IMG/VR virus record: IMGVR_UViG_3300010367_000050
Coordinates: 1 to 64,000 of that record
Direction: 5' to 3' (one strand)
DNA length: 64,000 nucleotides
DNA from: a virus
In this document: piece by piece, positions 63,535-64,000 of the stretch
Position numbering within the stretch: position 1 is the stretch's first letter
How the letters are laid out: each line of letters opens with the position of its first letter
Notes under the pieces: model-generated
The model's input: only the letters and a program-made list of their open reading frames with translations
Database searches by the model: none
What the model was told of the DNA's origin: nothing
Position numbers and translations under genes: made by a program

Positions 63535-64000
63535 TTCGTCAGCGGAAGGGTCCGAACTGCCGCGAACGTATCGGACTATATAAGAGAAAGAGACCCACCG
63601 ATTGCTCTGAACCCATCCTAGCGCGATTACGGGGTATTCTCATTTCACCACGCTTACCCTTGGAGACTAGCCTTTGCGTTGCACCTAGGTGTATCCTAGA
63701 CGTATATGGTTTTTCATAGATTTTTGAAGAGTCTATGGGATATGAAAGCCACCTATGAGAAATGGTATCACTATTAGGAACTGGCGAGACGGTATCGGAC
63801 GTTTATTAACGCCCATCTCCATCGCTCATAGAGAATCGCCGTTCGCTAATGCGATTCGCCAAATGCCATTCGCCAATCCTCATTCACATCGGTCATACGC
63901 GCAGGGCCATTTTCAACGCCCAGGCCGACTGGCTCTACGCAAATTGCGTAGACTAAAAAGTGGATAACATGTTGTGATGGGGAGGGCTTTGTAGCGTCTC

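Noticed and set aside
1-64000. Specific host assignment (e.g. Acidobacteria, from AQ-cleaved signal peptides)
   Set aside because: Suggestive only; the sequence supports a diderm host but not a taxon without database comparison.

Overview
This 64 kb window is most of the genome of a large contractile-tailed (myovirus-like) dsDNA phage, probably of a Gram-negative (diderm) host. No integrase, tRNA or CRISPR array was seen. Almost everything from 1 to 52 kb is on the minus strand. Read right to left it has terminase, portal, MuF-like head protein, protease/scaffold, capsid, neck, sheath, tube, chaperone, tape measure, baseplate and fibres, then lysis genes. A replication/recombination block follows (UvsW-like and DnaB-like helicases, primase, sigma factor, family A polymerase with a UDG-like N-terminus, UvsY-like, SSB, dUTPase, RecA, 5'-3' exonuclease). 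Inside that block is a thymidine-hypermodification cluster. The 55-62 kb region holds small plus-strand accessory genes. Strongest unusual signals: (1) the portal stop sits in a near-copy of the prfB/RF2 +1 frameshift cassette (GGAGG-TAT-CTT-TAG-C), which would fuse portal to an otherwise start-poor MuF-like ORF; (2) three tail fibre/spike genes carry Sec-type signal peptides and paired cysteines, suggesting exported, disulfide-bonded receptor-binding proteins; (3) an Ntn glutamine amidotransferase is fused to an amino acid:DNA transferase in the 5-hmU pathway, suggesting a glutamine-driven thymine amination; (4) a sigma-region-2 / Mor / winged-helix fusion regulator has its C-terminal domain repeated as a stand-alone gene. 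All family calls come from motif recognition by eye, not database searches. Two other apparent single-base insertions and one in-frame stop mean that sequencing error must be excluded for the recoding claims.
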